A stretch of DNA of 64,000 nucleotides from Eledone cirrhosa. Taxonomy: Eukaryota. This document shows positions 12,381-26,179 of this stretch, piece after piece (positions within the stretch are counted from its first letter, which is position 1; each line of letters starts with the position of its first letter). Where the stretch lies: the NCBI GenBank assembly GCA_964016885.1, contig OZ024745.1, positions 37,820,001 to 37,884,000 of the forward strand. Direction: 5' to 3'. The notes beneath the pieces are model-generated. The model did not search any database. It worked only from the letters and a program-made list of their open reading frames with translations, and had not been told where the DNA came from. The position numbers and the translations under genes are program-made.

Positions 12381-13240
12381 ATAATAATTGTTTCTACTTT
12401 GGGCACAAGGCCAGCAATTACCCAGTACATTACTGGTACTTTATTTTATCGACCCCGTAAGGATGAAAGGCAAAGTTAACCTTCGGCGGGATTTGAACTC
12501 AGATCATAAAGAGCCGTAACTCTATGCATCAAAGGATGGCGTCCGAGCCTCTCCCGATACTGCCAATCCACCGCTCCATATTGATAATAATTGTTTCTAT
12601 ATTGATAATTGTTTCTACTTTTGGCACAAGGCCATCAATTACCCAGTACATTACTGGTACTTTATTTTATCGACCCCGTAAGGATGAAAGGCAAAGTTAA
12701 CCTCGGCGGGATTTGAACTCAGACTGTAAAGGGAGGACGTAACTATGCTGGAAAGCATGGCGTCCGACTCTACCGATACTGCCAATTCCACACTGTTTCT
12801 ATATTGATAATAATGGTTTCTTATATAGGCACAAGGCCAGCAATTGGGGGGGGGGGTCGACGAAGTTGACCCCAGTGCGTAACTGGTACTTTATTTTATC
12901 GACCCCGTAAGGATGAAAGGCAAAGTTAACCTCACGGGATTTGAACTCAGATCATAAAGGGCCGTAACTCTATGCGGCAAAGCATGGCGTCCGACCCTCT
13001 CCCGATACTGCCAATCCACCGCCCTATATTGATAATAATTGTTTCTATATTGATAATAATTGTTTCTACTTTTGGCACAAGGCCAGCAATTATCCTAGTG
13101 TATTAGTGGTACTTTATTTTATCGACCCCGTAAGGATGAAAGGCAAAGTTAACCTCGGCGGGATTTGAACTCAGACCATAAAGGGCCGTAACTCTTTGCT
13201 GCAAAGTATGGCGTCCGACCCTCTAACCATACTGCCAACA
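12381..13240 (-). mobile_element. tandem array of four tRNA-derived SINEs
   Basis: Copies at about 12381-12577, 12604-12792, 12808-13024 and 13051-13240, each with a B-box (gagttcaaatcc on minus) and the same body. Separated by tattgataataat duplications. Confidence 0.9.
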
Positions 13241-13469
13241 ACTGATAATGAATTATTTTTGACGTCTTTAATTATTTTTCTTCAGACCATGTCGGAACAC
13301 CAGCATACGTAGCTAAGATGCTTTTTGTTTTTGTTTGTTTTGTTATTCCAATAATAAATGAGGTTTCTTCTGGAAAAAAGCCCAGATTTAACAAAGAAAT
13401 ATGAATTATTTAGAAAATATTTAAATATTTATACTTTGTATTAGGAACAATGATAATTGGCATATATAT

Positions 13470-13645
13470 AGGGAAAAGAGTCAGGACCCTGACGGCTGAG
13501 ATCCGATCGGATCTCGCTGTCGAAACGGTCGGAGCTCAGCCATCGGGGTCCTGACTCTATTCCCTCTCACCCACTCTACTACCCTAAGTATCGAGTACTG
13601 TGGCGCGTTATGGGCCACCTGGTATCTTAACAGACCTTCTTTGTT
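13470..13645. mobile_element. (TA)-flanked fold-back fragment (Penelope pLTR-like)
   Basis: Inverted arms at 13470-13500 and 13535-13565. A related sequence occurs in reverse at about 47585-47703. Confidence 0.55.
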
Positions 13646-13791
13646 ATATATATATATATATAATATAAGATCAAAAGATGGTAAAAATGTTCCATGTATT
13701 TTATTATGCGCAGTGAAGTGTTAAATCAACATATGTTGATTTAACACTTTACTGCTCGCAAGTGTTCTTTAAGCTTCATATTATGTCTCCC

Positions 13792-13862
13792 TATTTTATC
13801 TGATGAGAACGCAGATATCATCCCATGAAGATATTTGTTTTTGAAATGCGCATAATAAAATA
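13792..13862 (+). ncRNA. minimal type I hammerhead ribozyme
   Basis: tattttat-CTGATGA-stem II (cagatatc/gatatttg)-GAAA-tgcgca-TA-ataaaata. Confidence 0.82.
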
Positions 13863-13994
13863 CATGGAACTCTTTTAACCATCTTTTGATCTCATATTAT
13901 TTATACTCCAGTCCTATAAACTGTTGAGTGCTACTTATCCTATATTTGCATTGTTTTATTGTGCTACAATAAAACTCACCTCCTACATACATAC

Positions 13995-14061
<67 letters not shown>

Positions 14062-14723
14062 TATATATATATTATCTACTAATATGTATTCAGTACACAT
14101 TTAAAACTGATTTTTCACATAAGAAATGCAAAAAAAAAACGATGTATAAACACATACACATACAGACACACACAGTCTTGCACATACACATGCACATATG
14201 TGTGTGTGTGTGTTTGGGTGTCTCAGAGTGTAGGTTTATGCGAATTTAGAATAAATGTTTGTGTTAGTGCTTGAAATGTTATATGTCAAAGCGTACAAGG
14301 TTATTACGATAAAAAAAAAAAACTTTTGAAATCTCATTAATGTCTTTTCAAATCTGATTGTCATCATTATCAAATAAAAAGAAGAATCGCCAAAAATAGG
14401 AAAAATGCAAAACAGAATCTAAATACTCAACAAAATTCATAGATTTGTACCATATTTTTTGACAAGAACATTTGAAATTTGAAATTTGAAATTTAAGAAT
14501 AAAGTAAAGTCTGAGATTGATCAGTAAATGTCGAAAAAATAGTGATGAAGAAAGAAACAAAAATAATAAGAAATTGTAACCAAACCGGGAAGCATTTAAA
14601 AAATGCAGTTGATTTAAAAACAAAATTTTATAAAATAAATAAATTTAAATTCAAACTAATTTTCGTCTAAAATTTCAAATTAATTAAAATACTTTACGTT
14701 TACCTCAGAAATATAAATCTCCA

Positions 14724-14784
<61 letters not shown>

Positions 14785-16696
14785 ATATATATATATATAT
14801 ATATACACAAATATCTATTTAATATTTCTACAGATTACATGTTTAAGCAAACAATTTCTGCTTTCACCATCTGAAACAAATACCGTAGCAATATGGACGA
14901 AGGCATAGGAATTGTAAACTAGGAATCAATTTACTTGACCATCACATAGCATATTAACCGCTGACCTTTCGGTCCAATGGGTGCTGTTGGTCCTCTATAT
15001 CCATGTTCATTATTGAATCACAGAATTTTTATTGCCACAAACACAAAGCAATTTGGCTCGTGCTCTTTCCTGTTTTGCCTCATTAATATGAGTAACAGAA
15101 CTGCGGTTGTTGTCTTCTTGAGGAATCCCCAACAGTTGATTGTATATATTTCTTAACTTTTTTAACGTTTCGTTACCATACTTATGGTTGGTATTTACAA
15201 TAAGAAAATACAAAAAAGAACATAAAAAGCATAACCATACATTATGAAGCTGATAATTTTTTTTCGGTTTATCGTTCGCAGATACATCCAAGATAGGTAT
15301 GTAGATGTAAGCATCTTGAAACCTTTTGAAGTAAAAAAGTTGAAGTTAGATATGGATTGAATAGGTGAGGAGGAGAAATAATGTTTATTTGAGGACTAAT
15401 ACTCTTTTCGTTTTTCACCATCAGATACGAGATACAATGCAGTCTCATTAGATTCATCGGTAGAACTGTAGCATTGCTCAGATAAATGGATTTATGTTGT
15501 ATATATTTATGACAGCTGTGTGTGCATGTATGTTTAAAAACCATCAAAGCACAGGCATTGCTTGTTCAGGATGTGTTACAGGTTCGTGTGACTGGCCGTA
15601 GCCTAAAAGTGAACCAAACTATAATCTAACAAGCGATTGCAATACTCTTAGCAGAGTTTGCAGCCATCATGTATTTATATACATATATATATCACATGTT
15701 GCAAACAAACAGAGAAAAGAAAAAGAATGGTGTAAAGTTGAAGGAAGTGAAAAGGAAGAGGACACACAGAGAATAAGAGTCATCGATAATGTCGCAGACT
15801 CTGAGGAAAGGACTTTGATAATTACTTAATTGGTTGATTCATTAATTGATAGATGGGTTAATTACTTTATTAGTATCAAAAGAAAAATGGAACTCAAACG
15901 GTGCACATGTTAACTGACAGCCGGGACTTCCAAAAGTACAAAAATATATACAAAATATGTGTATGAGTGAAAGTTTGATGCGTGCTCCAATATGTGAATG
16001 TATGTATGCGCGTGTGTGGGTGAACATAAGTGTATGTTTTAGATTCAATTTTAAAAATAATTGGTTGAGTGGGATTTGTGTGCTATCTGCCGCAGGTTGT
16101 GTCGAGGTTCCTCATTGATTTCCACCATGTAGTATATCCCTGTGTTGTCTAGTATATTGTGTAATCATAAATAGTGGAATGGAATTTAGTATAATGCGGC
16201 ATACAATGTAACGAAGGCTATCGATTTTCAGAGTCAATGGAGTGCTGGATAATTGTTCTGGTTTCTGCGTTCTGACTTCCAGCCCTGCCGAGGTCTACTA
16301 TGCCTTTCATTCTTACGGGGTCAATAAAGAATGTACCTACCCTGTGCAAGTGCAGCATTCTCTCCATCCAGCTGTTACGTCTTAAATGTTTCAGTAAACC
16401 AAGTGATTGAGAGTCGAGAGTAAATTCAAAAACAGATATGAATACACACAGCTATGGGTTTCTATTAAAAGTTACTCGAAAGGCATTAGTCAGCTCGTAG
16501 TAAAAGATACTTGCACAAGTTGCCACGCGGTGTATAGTAGTTTACAATGTTTTAAGTTTATAGTGCAAGATAGTATCTGTGGAGATTCTAATATTTTACA
16601 AACCTCAATTAAATGTCAGTGTGTATGTCAAGGCATTTCGATATGCCAGCAGTTTTGTAGAAAATTAATTTAGTCTTTCTTTCTGGCACAACTTGG

Positions 16697-16872
16697 AGGC
16701 ACAAGGCCAGCAAATTACCCAGTGCATTACTGGTACTTTATTTTATCGACCCCGTAAGGATGAAAGGTAAAGTTAACCTTAGCGGGATTTGAACTCAGAC
16801 GGTAAAGAACCGTAACTCCATGCTGCAAAGTATGGTGTCCGACCCTCTATCGATACTGCCAATCCACCGCCC
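16697..16872 (-). mobile_element. tRNA-derived SINE
   Basis: Same family as 1794-1961. Confidence 0.85.
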
Positions 16873-17221
16873 TTATTATAATAATGATTGTCAAAATAGT
16901 TACCATCAATAACGTTGAAAACAGCAGGACGAGTAGCATCAATAATGGTTACAAGGAACCAGACACTATTATGATGTCGAGAATATCATGATGTCGACAA
17001 GTGGATCTGTATATTCACATGATTGAAGAATTTCTATTGGTTGTTTCTTTTTCGGGACTCATCGGACATACCTTTCAACTGGAAAAAATATAGAAAAATA
17101 TAGATAGATATGTAGATATAAGGTAAGTAGATATGTAAACAGCTAGGTAGATAGTTAAAGAAATATATTCATAGAGAGAGGTTGAGATAATTAAATAGTC
17201 AGCCATAAATGTGAATAGATA

Positions 17222-17349
<128 letters not shown>

Positions 17350-17907
17350 TATATATATAGACACGTCATCAAACACCGCTGACATATATACTCCATGGCT
17401 CTCGCTTGTGTGTGCTTTTGGGCTTGTATATCTTGCGCGTGCGTCTATGTTCACGTAGTACCCAATACCGAGGATGCGACGCTGTCGGTGTTGAATGTTT
17501 CGCATCATTTACTCTACCCTCACCATTTCGTGGCTCTATCCATCTTCACGCTCGTAGTGACTTCACATTTCGTAGTTCTGCAGATTCCGGGGCGGTGTTT
17601 TTTCGAAGACGGCTGGGAGACCCTTTCAGGAACTCATATGTCTGCTGGACATACTAGCAGAAGGACGTGTGTTTATTCTTTGCTGCCGGCAGCATATCAC
17701 TAATTCGAATTTCATCTGAGGATACCGTTCTCATAACAACAACAAATGCATGAATCGTTGAAATAATTGTAATGAATAAACAATTTATGTAACATCAGCA
17801 TCTTTATTAATGTTATTATTATACTGAATCTCCATCGTAACTACAAACTACGAATGTTGAGAGCTTTCTCCTGCTAGATCCTGTTTTTAACAAAACATTC
17901 TCTTCGG

Positions 17908-17981
<74 letters not shown>

Positions 17982-18589
17982 CATAAATGCATACATATAT
18001 ACATACACACACAGAATACTTGTGTATGCATGTTTTAAATGTGTGTGAAAGAGAGGCAGTCAAATTGCACTGATTGGAAAACAATTTCGAACGTTCATTA
18101 TTGAAGCATAATCTATTTATTAATTTCAAGAACGTCAGTATTCCGTGTGTCATAATTCTCGGTTATCATTGGTTCATAGATTTCAAACGACTCTGCCCAC
18201 CTCAACGACGCCAAACTGAAATTAATATGCATAATGCCAATGAGGGAGTGAGAGGGGAGGGTGTTAACGCTGTGTTCAATAACTATTAACATGTGTGCGT
18301 GTGAATGTACGTGCGCGTATGTTTATGTGTGTGTGCGTGCAGCGTTCCACAGAAAGTAAAAACTATCAACATGAGTGAGTGTGTGCGTGTGTAAATTTGC
18401 GTGCGTGTGCGCGTTTACATACGTGTATGTGTGTTGCGTTCCACAATCGCCACACAGTTTATCTGTCTGTGTGCCTGTCTGTCAGTCTAACATACACATA
18501 GTTGTGAAGGGAGTAAATAGGGACCGTTCTTTACATTGCCCAACATCTTTTATATTTATTATTGTGTCATTTTTTGACAATTGCTCGAA

Positions 18590-21500
18590 ATGAATACTGA
18601 TAATAAAAGCAATTCGACTTTATCAAACTGTGAACTACAGGGGCGACGGCGTGCAGCCAGGAATGAAGAAAAACTGGCTGAACAGCGCCATCGGAACGCC
18701 GAACTTCAGAGGCGAAGACGTGCCGCCATGAATGAAGAGGAGCTGGCTGAACAACGCCAACGAAACACTGGAGCCAAGCAGCGACGGCGTGCTGCGATGG
18801 TTGAAGACGAAATGGCTGAGCATCATCAGCAGATGGCCAGAATTCAGCAGCAACGGCGTACTACGGTGGATGAAGAGGAGCTGGCTGAACAGCACCAGCG
18901 CAATACAGAAGTCCAGAGAATGTGTCGCCAAAGTGCTCCTCATTCCAGTAAAGAGGCTAGAAGGTGAACGAATGATATTAAAAATGGATCATGGCAACCG
19001 TGTCATTTTCAGATTGGTGGACTAGCAGAGTGTCCATATTGTGGAGCGTTGCTTTGGAGGCACGAAAAGACGTGGACCACAATGTGCTGTCATAAAGGAG
19101 CAGTTCAACTAGAACCCTTGCGAATGCCGGATGATGAGGTGTCACCGGAGTTTAAAATACTAAGTATGTGGTGTGATCAAGGAGACCGGGGTAGATTACT
19201 GCGCAAATATTCGCGGCAAATTAACAATTCATTAGCTTTAGCATCGCAGAGAGTTAGTGAGATGTTTGAGAGTGGAGCATGGCAACCGAATGTAGTCATT
19301 CAAGGTCGTTTGTATCATTGTATCGGTAATTTAGAAGTTACCCCAGGAGAGAGGCCTTGATTCGCTCAAATTTACGTTAACGATCCAGATTATAGTGAAT
19401 CGGAGGAGGATATCAGGATCGGTTGGATGAAGTTGCCGGGAAATATAACTGAACTTGAACGGCAAAGGTTAAGTGATTTGATCCGTGATTTACAATCATG
19501 GCTTAGACAGTGTAATCCTTATGTTATGGATATCATGTTGGTGGCTGAACCGCAAAATCTTCAGCAGCAAACATTGGTGATTAAGGCTGACGCAGTGCCA
19601 AGGGATGAACACGAAGGGCGATATAATGCCCCTGAAGGATTTCGTGAAGTTGCTGTGCTTATGGACGATAAGCCTGGATCGAGAGATATCGTCCTTAATC
19701 GCAGAGATGGTGTTCTCAAGACTATCAATGAGTCAAATAGGGCATACGATCCATTGCATTATGTTCTTTTATTCCCAAAAGGTGAAAATGGATGGAACAT
19801 GTCTGTTCATTTAGATGATCATGAGAATCAGCATCAACAGGGAGGTGGCAATAGACACAATAATTCGATTCGCGACTTTTACGCGTTCCATTTGAACGAG
19901 AGGAATCAACAGAGAAATGCGCTATTTCAAGCCAGCAGATTGTTCCAGGAATACTATTGTATGGCATTCGCAAAGATCGAAAATCAAAGGCTAAATTATA
20001 TAGTTACACATCAGCAACATAGAGCTGAATTGTATAATATTATACAGGATGCGATAACAACCGATGATGCCAATTACAAGCAAATTGGTTGACGCATCAT
20101 TTTGCAATCGTCGTTCATCGGCGGCCCGAGATATATAAACATTCGCTATCAGGATGCAATGGCTATTGTCAGAAAGTTTGGAAAGCCAGATTTGTTTATA
20201 ACGGTTACATACAATCCTGAATGGACTGATATTAAGGATGCACTTTTGCCAGGACAACAGCCAAAGAACCGTCCTGATTGTGGCAAGAGTATTCAAAGGA
20301 TATCTGAAAAAGATAATGGATGATGTGGAAAAAGAGGGAATCTTTGGAGGTATAGTTGCTTTTACATACGTAATTGAATTCCAAAAAAGAGGATTGCCAC
20401 GTGCATATTTGCTGATCATTTTACATAGAGATTGAAAATTGAGATGTGCTGAGGATGTCGACAGCATTGTGTGTGCTGAACTGCTGGAGAATGAGGCACT
20501 ACTAAACTTTGTGGCAAAGTCAATGATGCACAACCAATGCGGAGTGGTAAATCGGAAAGCGCCTTGCATGAAAAATGGCCAATGCAGTAAGCACTTTCCG
20601 AAATCTTTTGTCACGAACACTACCTGGAACGATGGGGATGCTCATCTCTCATACAGAAGACGGTCGCCTGCCGATGGCGGTTTGGTCGAAAATGTAAACG
20701 GTCGACAGGTTACAAATCAATGGGTTGTGCCATACAATCCATATTTGGTTATGAAATATCGTTGTCATATTAATGTGGAAATTTGTAGCTCAGTGAAGGC
20801 TTGCAAATATCTATTCAAATATGTTTACAAAGGTCATGATCCGGCAATGATCAATGTCAGGAATGAGGAAGCGAACCAAGGAGATGAAGTTGGCAGGTTC
20901 TAGGATGTTCGCTCGATTGGATCTAGCGAAGTTTGCTGGAGATTGTTCGATTTTCATCTCAATGAACGCAAACCCAGCGTTCAGAAACTGCCGGTTCACT
21001 TAGAGAATAGGCAAATGGTCTGTTTTCAGGACACTAGAAGAGGTGTCGAAAGAATTGCTAACGCACCACCTCCTAAGACTGAATTGACTGAGTGGTTCAA
21101 GCATAATAGGTAACATGCTTTGAACCCGTATCAAAGGCAACTTTACTGCGATTTCCCTTCGCACTATACGTGGGATAAGAAGGGAAAGAAATGGAATGAT
21201 AGAAAACAAAAGTTGAGATTCATGATTAGTGGACGGGTTTGTAATGTCCATCCAGCATCTGGTGATGTGTTTTATCTCCGAATTCTGTTGAATAGTGATT
21301 TTTCGAGAGGTAAACAGAGCTTCGCTGATTTGAAAACAATCAATGGCGTGGAATATGAAATATACCAGGCTGTGTGTCAACATCTGGGACTCCTTCAGGA
21401 TGACGCTGAATGGAATAACGCCATGGAAGATGCAAGAACAACACAGATGCCAGCTCAAATAAGGCAGTTGTTTGTCACGATTCTAGGATCTGCAATCCTG

Positions 21501-23182
21501 CCGATCCAAGAGAGTTATTTGAACGCCATTGGGGAATTATGGCTGATGATTTTAGGCATCATCTTCAGGTCGATGATGACAATTTGATGAATGCTATTGT
21601 TTTGCTCAATATTGAGCAACTGTTTGAAGTTCATTTGAAATGTTTAACAGATTTCAATTTGCCAATTCCGGATGAAGAAATGCGGCAACGTGTCTTAGCA
21701 TTGAACATGAGATTGCAGCTTAGATGGTTGCCACTCGATCGGAGGGAACTATTCCAGTTTGATCCACTGGAACAGCAACGTATTGTGGATGAACGTATGC
21801 CAATGTTGACCCATTCTCAGAGAGAATTGGTCGATGGCGTTCTCCACTCGATTTCCACTAATGAGCAACTTTGTGCTTTCATAGATGCTCCAGGAGGCAC
21901 CGGAAAGACATTCTGTTTCAACACTATGTTATCGGCAGTCAGAGCTCAGAGGAAGATTGCTCTCCCTGTAGCCACCAGTGTGATTGCTGCCACTTTGCTG
22001 AGTGGTGGAAGGACCTTCCACTCATGCTTCAAGGCTCCATTGGCTCCGGATGAGTTGAGTGTCCGTAACATTACAGGACAAAGTGAACTCGCGGGAATTA
22101 TACGCAATACGTCTCTGATTATTTGGGACGAGGCTCCAATGGCACACAGATATTTGCTGGAGGCATTGGACAGAACTTTGAGAGATATCTGCGGTAGTGA
22201 CCTGCCATTCGGTGGTAAGACTATCGTTCTTGGTGGTGATTTCAGACAGGTGCTACCAATTGTTTGGAATGCTGAAAGAGCGCAAATTGTCGATGCATGT
22301 CTGAAAAAGTCCCCGTTGTGGCGCCATTTCAGAGTTTTGCGATTACACGATAATATGCGACTTCGTATGTTCGGGCAAAACGAAGAGGCTGAGACATACG
22401 GCCGATGGTTGATGCAGTTGGGAAACGATGAATTGCCACACGTTGGTGATAATTAGACTGTAAGTATCCCAGACCATTTGGTCATGCCACTGGACCGCCA
22501 AGCATTGATTGACTGGGTGTTCCCTAATTTGAATGCTTTTTGGCAGAATATCTCCTGGATATCGGAACGCGTTATTCTAACTCATACGAATGCAACGGTC
22601 GATGAAATAAATTCACAAGTAGCCGGAATGTTTCCTGGAGAGGAATGGTTGACCGTCAGTGCGGATGCAATGGAGCCTAATCAGCAGAACAATAGAGATG
22701 TTCCGACTCAGTATCTGAATTCACTTCAAATACCAGGATTTCCCCCACATATTTTGAGGTTGAAAAGGGGTATGCCGGTTATATTGCTTAGAAATATCAA
22801 TAAAAAAAATGGGTCTTTGTAATGGTACCAGATTGATTGTTGAGAGATTGATTAACGGAAGAGTTTTAGAAGTTAAACTCCCAGGCAGAGAGGAATCGGT
22901 TCTCATTCCGAGGATCATGCTGAGACCAAGTGAAGATCTGCTGCCATTCATTTGGCAAAGGAGACAGTTTTCCGTCAATTTGGCCTTCTTCATGACTGTC
23001 AACAAGGCACAGGGACAGACTTTCAAGCGAATCGGTGTCTACGTGAATGATCCAGCATTCAGTCATGGGCACTGTATGTTGCTGCATCTCGAGTGTGCGA
23101 TCCTGATGGTATAAAATTTGCAATTGATACCACTAACAGAGGAACAACCCTGAATATTGTCTATAATGAAGCTTTGAGCTGA
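18590..23182 (+). pseudogene. decayed Helitron Rep/PIF1-helicase gene
   Basis: Collinear ORF fragments: 23-aa repeats, CPYC..MCC Zn finger, YDPLHYVLLFP, Rep motifs KPDLFITVT / VIEFQKRGLPRAY (HUH mutated) / YLFKYVYKG, and helicase motifs DAPGGTGKT, IIWDEAPM, GGDFRQVLP, CNGTRL, TVNKAQGQT. Numerous stops and frameshifts. Confidence 0.95.
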
Positions 23183-23734
23183 TGTATGCATATCTTTAAT
23201 GCTATCAATAAGCGACGTAAATGATTCGGACATTGGTATCCTTTGATCAGTATTGTGAGCTTTGACAGAGTTATCATTTCTGTTCAACGTCATTTATTGT
23301 CGATAATGAGCAATAAAAACCAACAAGTATTGGTAGAAATTCCCTTCAAATTTATCGCTTCTGATTGCAGTGGTAATAAAACCTCATCATATGCTGAGTC
23401 TGGCAAAAAGTTTGGTGCCTATGGCCGGCCCGGGCTAGAGTAATATTGAAAAACGATTCTATTTTCGAAGTAGAAGGATCCGCCTTTTGGAGTTCAAACC
23501 AGGCCACCTCCCCGAGTTGAACTCTGGGCGATATTGACTGTCTATTACTCAGTGGCTAAGACCTGGAAATTACTGAAAACATTTTTGTGTCATATAATTT
23601 GTTGTTTTATTATTATAGCTGACCACTTATAGATAAGCATGTTATCCATATCCATATTAATTTGGCATTTGTATAAACAATTTCAAGTAAATAGGGACCT
23701 TTTTTACATTGACGGACATCTTTTATATTAATTA

Positions 23735-24087
23735 TCTATATTTACATATAATATAAAAGATTGGAACTTCCATCATCCTTTTGAGAAACGTGGAACAACC
23801 ACGTCTATGCAATGATACACGTTTTACAGTCAGGCAGAAGATGAACCATCTCCTAGAGGTCACTATTCTAGGTGGGAGCACCTAGAATTGTGCATATACT
23901 ATGCACAAACCGTACAACGAAGAATCTGGTATATCTGGAAGATTGTTTTTACTGTTTTTTATATCACACAGACAACACGGACTCGCCTCATACTGTAACC
24001 AGACAAACATCTAATACAGTCATTTTCTCTTTTACCTGTCTTCTCCTATCATCTGTTTACCCGGGTGAAGCTGGGTACGTCAGCTAG
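23735..24087 (+). mobile_element. non-autonomous mini-Helitron (or 3' terminus of the large Helitron)
   Basis: Begins A|TCTATAT and ends with hairpin acccgg-gtgaag-ctgggt followed by CTAG|T. These are canonical Helitron termini at an A|T site. Confidence 0.75.
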
Positions 24088-24879
24088 TAATATTAACTAC
24101 GAAATCACAAAAATACATTAACGCAAAGTAAGAATTTTAATTTGTGTCACTATATTTAGCTCTGGAGCTATAGTAAAGTTCGTGTGTTTGTGTGTTACAC
24201 TCTCTGTGATTAATATCACTATGTGTGAGTGAATGTGCATCATTAAGTTTGGCAGTATATGTGAATGAAAATATATCACTGCGTACGTATATGTCTGTTA
24301 CTGAGTTTGTATTTCGTGTTTGTATGAGTGTGTGTTTGTGTTGGTGCGTATGTGGGTTTAAGAACGCGTGCAAGTGCATTTGTAATTTGTGTACGTATAT
24401 ATGAGTCTAATTAAGTCTGTAATATATGTATGTGTGTGGAATTGTAACTGTATGCAGCTGTATATCTGAGTGAGAATGTATATGTGTGTATAAACCGTTT
24501 CTCTGATTGCGTACGTATTTTTGTGCATAACTCTAACTCTGCCTGTGTATGTGTATGGTTATAATCGTATTTCTAAGCATGAAGATATATATGTAGGTAA
24601 TTGAATCTGTATTTTGTGGCAGTATGTTTGAATGTATGATTAATTCTTAAGTTGGTACGTATATGTATACAAATGAATACCTAATCCAGTTCGTGTGACT
24701 GTAAGTTTATCATTATACGTATGACCAACTTTTCGTTTAATTCTTTGTTAACTCAAATACCAAATGACTTTACTTCCTTGTAATCAATTAATATATTCGG
24801 CTCACCACATTAAGAGAGGTGCTTTGTACTTTTATGCATATGTGCTTTACTCTGATTTCATTCGAACAACGCAACAACG

Positions 24880-25082
24880 CTCTCGTGAAATTGATGTGTA
24901 AGTGGGAGATTCAGCGTGAAACAACCTGACCCATTGAATTACAGGTACAACAATTCTTTCCAGGTGAGTGAACATGAGGAATGAAAAATAACATGTCTTG
25001 CCCAAGGACACTACGCGCCACCAGGAATCGAACACGATATTACGATAGTGAGTCTAACGTCCTTACCGCTAATGGACGTGCA
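24880..25082 (-). mobile_element. older tRNA-derived SINE (second family)
   Basis: B-box-like gttcgattcc on minus followed by gtgtccttgggcaagaca. A degenerate plus-strand relative lies at about 2150-2260. Confidence 0.6.
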
Positions 25083-25131
25083 GCCAGCCCCTCCCCCGTA
25101 TATATGTATATATAGATATATACATAAATCT

Positions 25132-25184
<53 letters not shown>

Positions 25185-26179
25185 ATATATATATATATAT
25201 ATACACATAAATCTCTCTTTGTATATATAACACATACACACAAGCACTTTTCATACCTATACCCTACACCCCTACGTAGAATGCCAACCAACAAAGATTC
25301 TATTTAAAGTACGTTAAACAAGGATTTAATTAATATTGATATTGCGTTTAGGTTAATTTTATCAAACTATCTAAGAGATTTGAGATTAAAGAACTGGTTA
25401 ATCAATGGAAATGTGATGATAGATCGTCAGATCAAACCAAATAAACTGTTTCCTCTGGTCTTTTCATTACCGATTCTAATTCCTGGCAGAAGTAGGCAGG
25501 ATTTGATTTCTTAGCGCACACATTCTGTGAAGTAGCTACCGAGAATTATGACTGATTCTTTAACGATTAAACCCCTCCCCATCTCTAATTAGTAACTTAT
25601 CACTCCGAAAGTATGAAAGGTAAAAATTCATCTAGTTGAGATGTGAATATGGAGCGCTGAGATCCGGATCAAATAGCGACACTTTAATGACTGTTCCAAT
25701 TTGCAACCATACAAGACAGTAATTGTGCTATGCACACTTCACTTTGATGATATGGACTAGTTTCAGAGTTAGGTGTGTGTGCGAAGGATTCGATAGACAT
25801 AGCAGGTCAAGTCAAACCATCTCTACCAAACCATAAGATGTTGTTTGATGTGTAGAGAAGGATAATAGAATAATTAATTTCAGATGGAAACATTAATAGC
25901 CACATCAAGATGATATTAAAGAAGGCGTAGGACGATACAAAATGTTTCTTTCTTTTTTTCGCGTTAGAAGTATGAAAAGAGAAAACAAGCAGCATCTAAA
26001 ACTTCAAACAAAAGAAACTTCCCTAATAGGGGAGGGTGCAGTTCTGAGGGTCAGTCGTGGAGAAAGCCAACAGAAAGCTTGTCCTTTATTATACCTTATC
26101 GATTCTTATGTAATTGCACTTTTCAGTCCAAACCAACATCTGTCTTTGAAGATTGCCCACGTTAAATATTTTCTTAATC

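Noticed and set aside
12381-13240. CRISPR-like or tRNA-gene array
   Set aside because: Eukaryotic context with ~200-bp units that are SINEs. They have Pol III boxes but no complete cloverleaf and no unique spacers.
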